The notes under the pieces: generated by a model | Told to the model about the DNA's origin: nothing | Databases searched by the model: none | The model's input: the letters and a program-made list of their open reading frames with translations, nothing else | Assembly: GCA_033442325.1 (NCBI GenBank) | Contig: JAWQFM010000006.1 | Coordinates: 1,679,336 to 1,743,335, forward strand | DNA: 64,000 nt | Origin: Salpingoeca rosetta | Lineage: Eukaryota > Protista > Choanoflagellata | Reading direction: 5' to 3' | Position numbers and translations under genes: made by a program | Shown: piece after piece, positions 63,922 to 64,000 of the stretch | Numbering within the stretch: the stretch's first letter is position 1 | Layout: every line of letters starts with the position of its first letter

Positions 63922-63937
63922 CTGGTGAGTGTGTGTG

Positions 63938-64000
<63 letters not shown>

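Overview
Eukaryotic, gene-dense, intron-rich genomic window with GC-rich exons and introns/UTRs full of (CA)n/(GT)n microsatellites. It has two assembly gaps (22261-22983, 38478-38577). Repeat style and gene content suggest a choanoflagellate such as Salpingoeca rosetta (inference only). I reconstructed about 22 protein-coding genes by hand-splicing at GT-AG sites: TAF1, NAA10, a UPRT-like gene, a bacterial-type GNAT, QPRT, DIM1/TXNL4A, a class I heme peroxidase (partly in a gap), UDP-galactopyranose mutase, a NEPRO/Rmp1-like gene, DNAJC27, an unknown ORF with possible caspase-like fold, mannonate dehydratase UxuA, a PH-domain protein, a complexin-like protein, SMG9, an Erf4/GOLGA7-like protein, RNase J, LYS1, SGPL1, a secreted type-B carboxylesterase, a secreted double-VWA mucin-like protein, and the 3' end of ABCF1. 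The most notable observations are: (1) a recurring polarity with (CA)n before exons and (GT)n after them, which may be a structure-based splicing code; (2) an intronless bacterial-type RNase J with a mitochondrial-like presequence; (3) several bacterial- or algal-type enzymes that carry introns; (4) a complexin-like SNARE regulator; (5) a degenerate TAF1 bromodomain. All family calls come from motif recall, not database searches.
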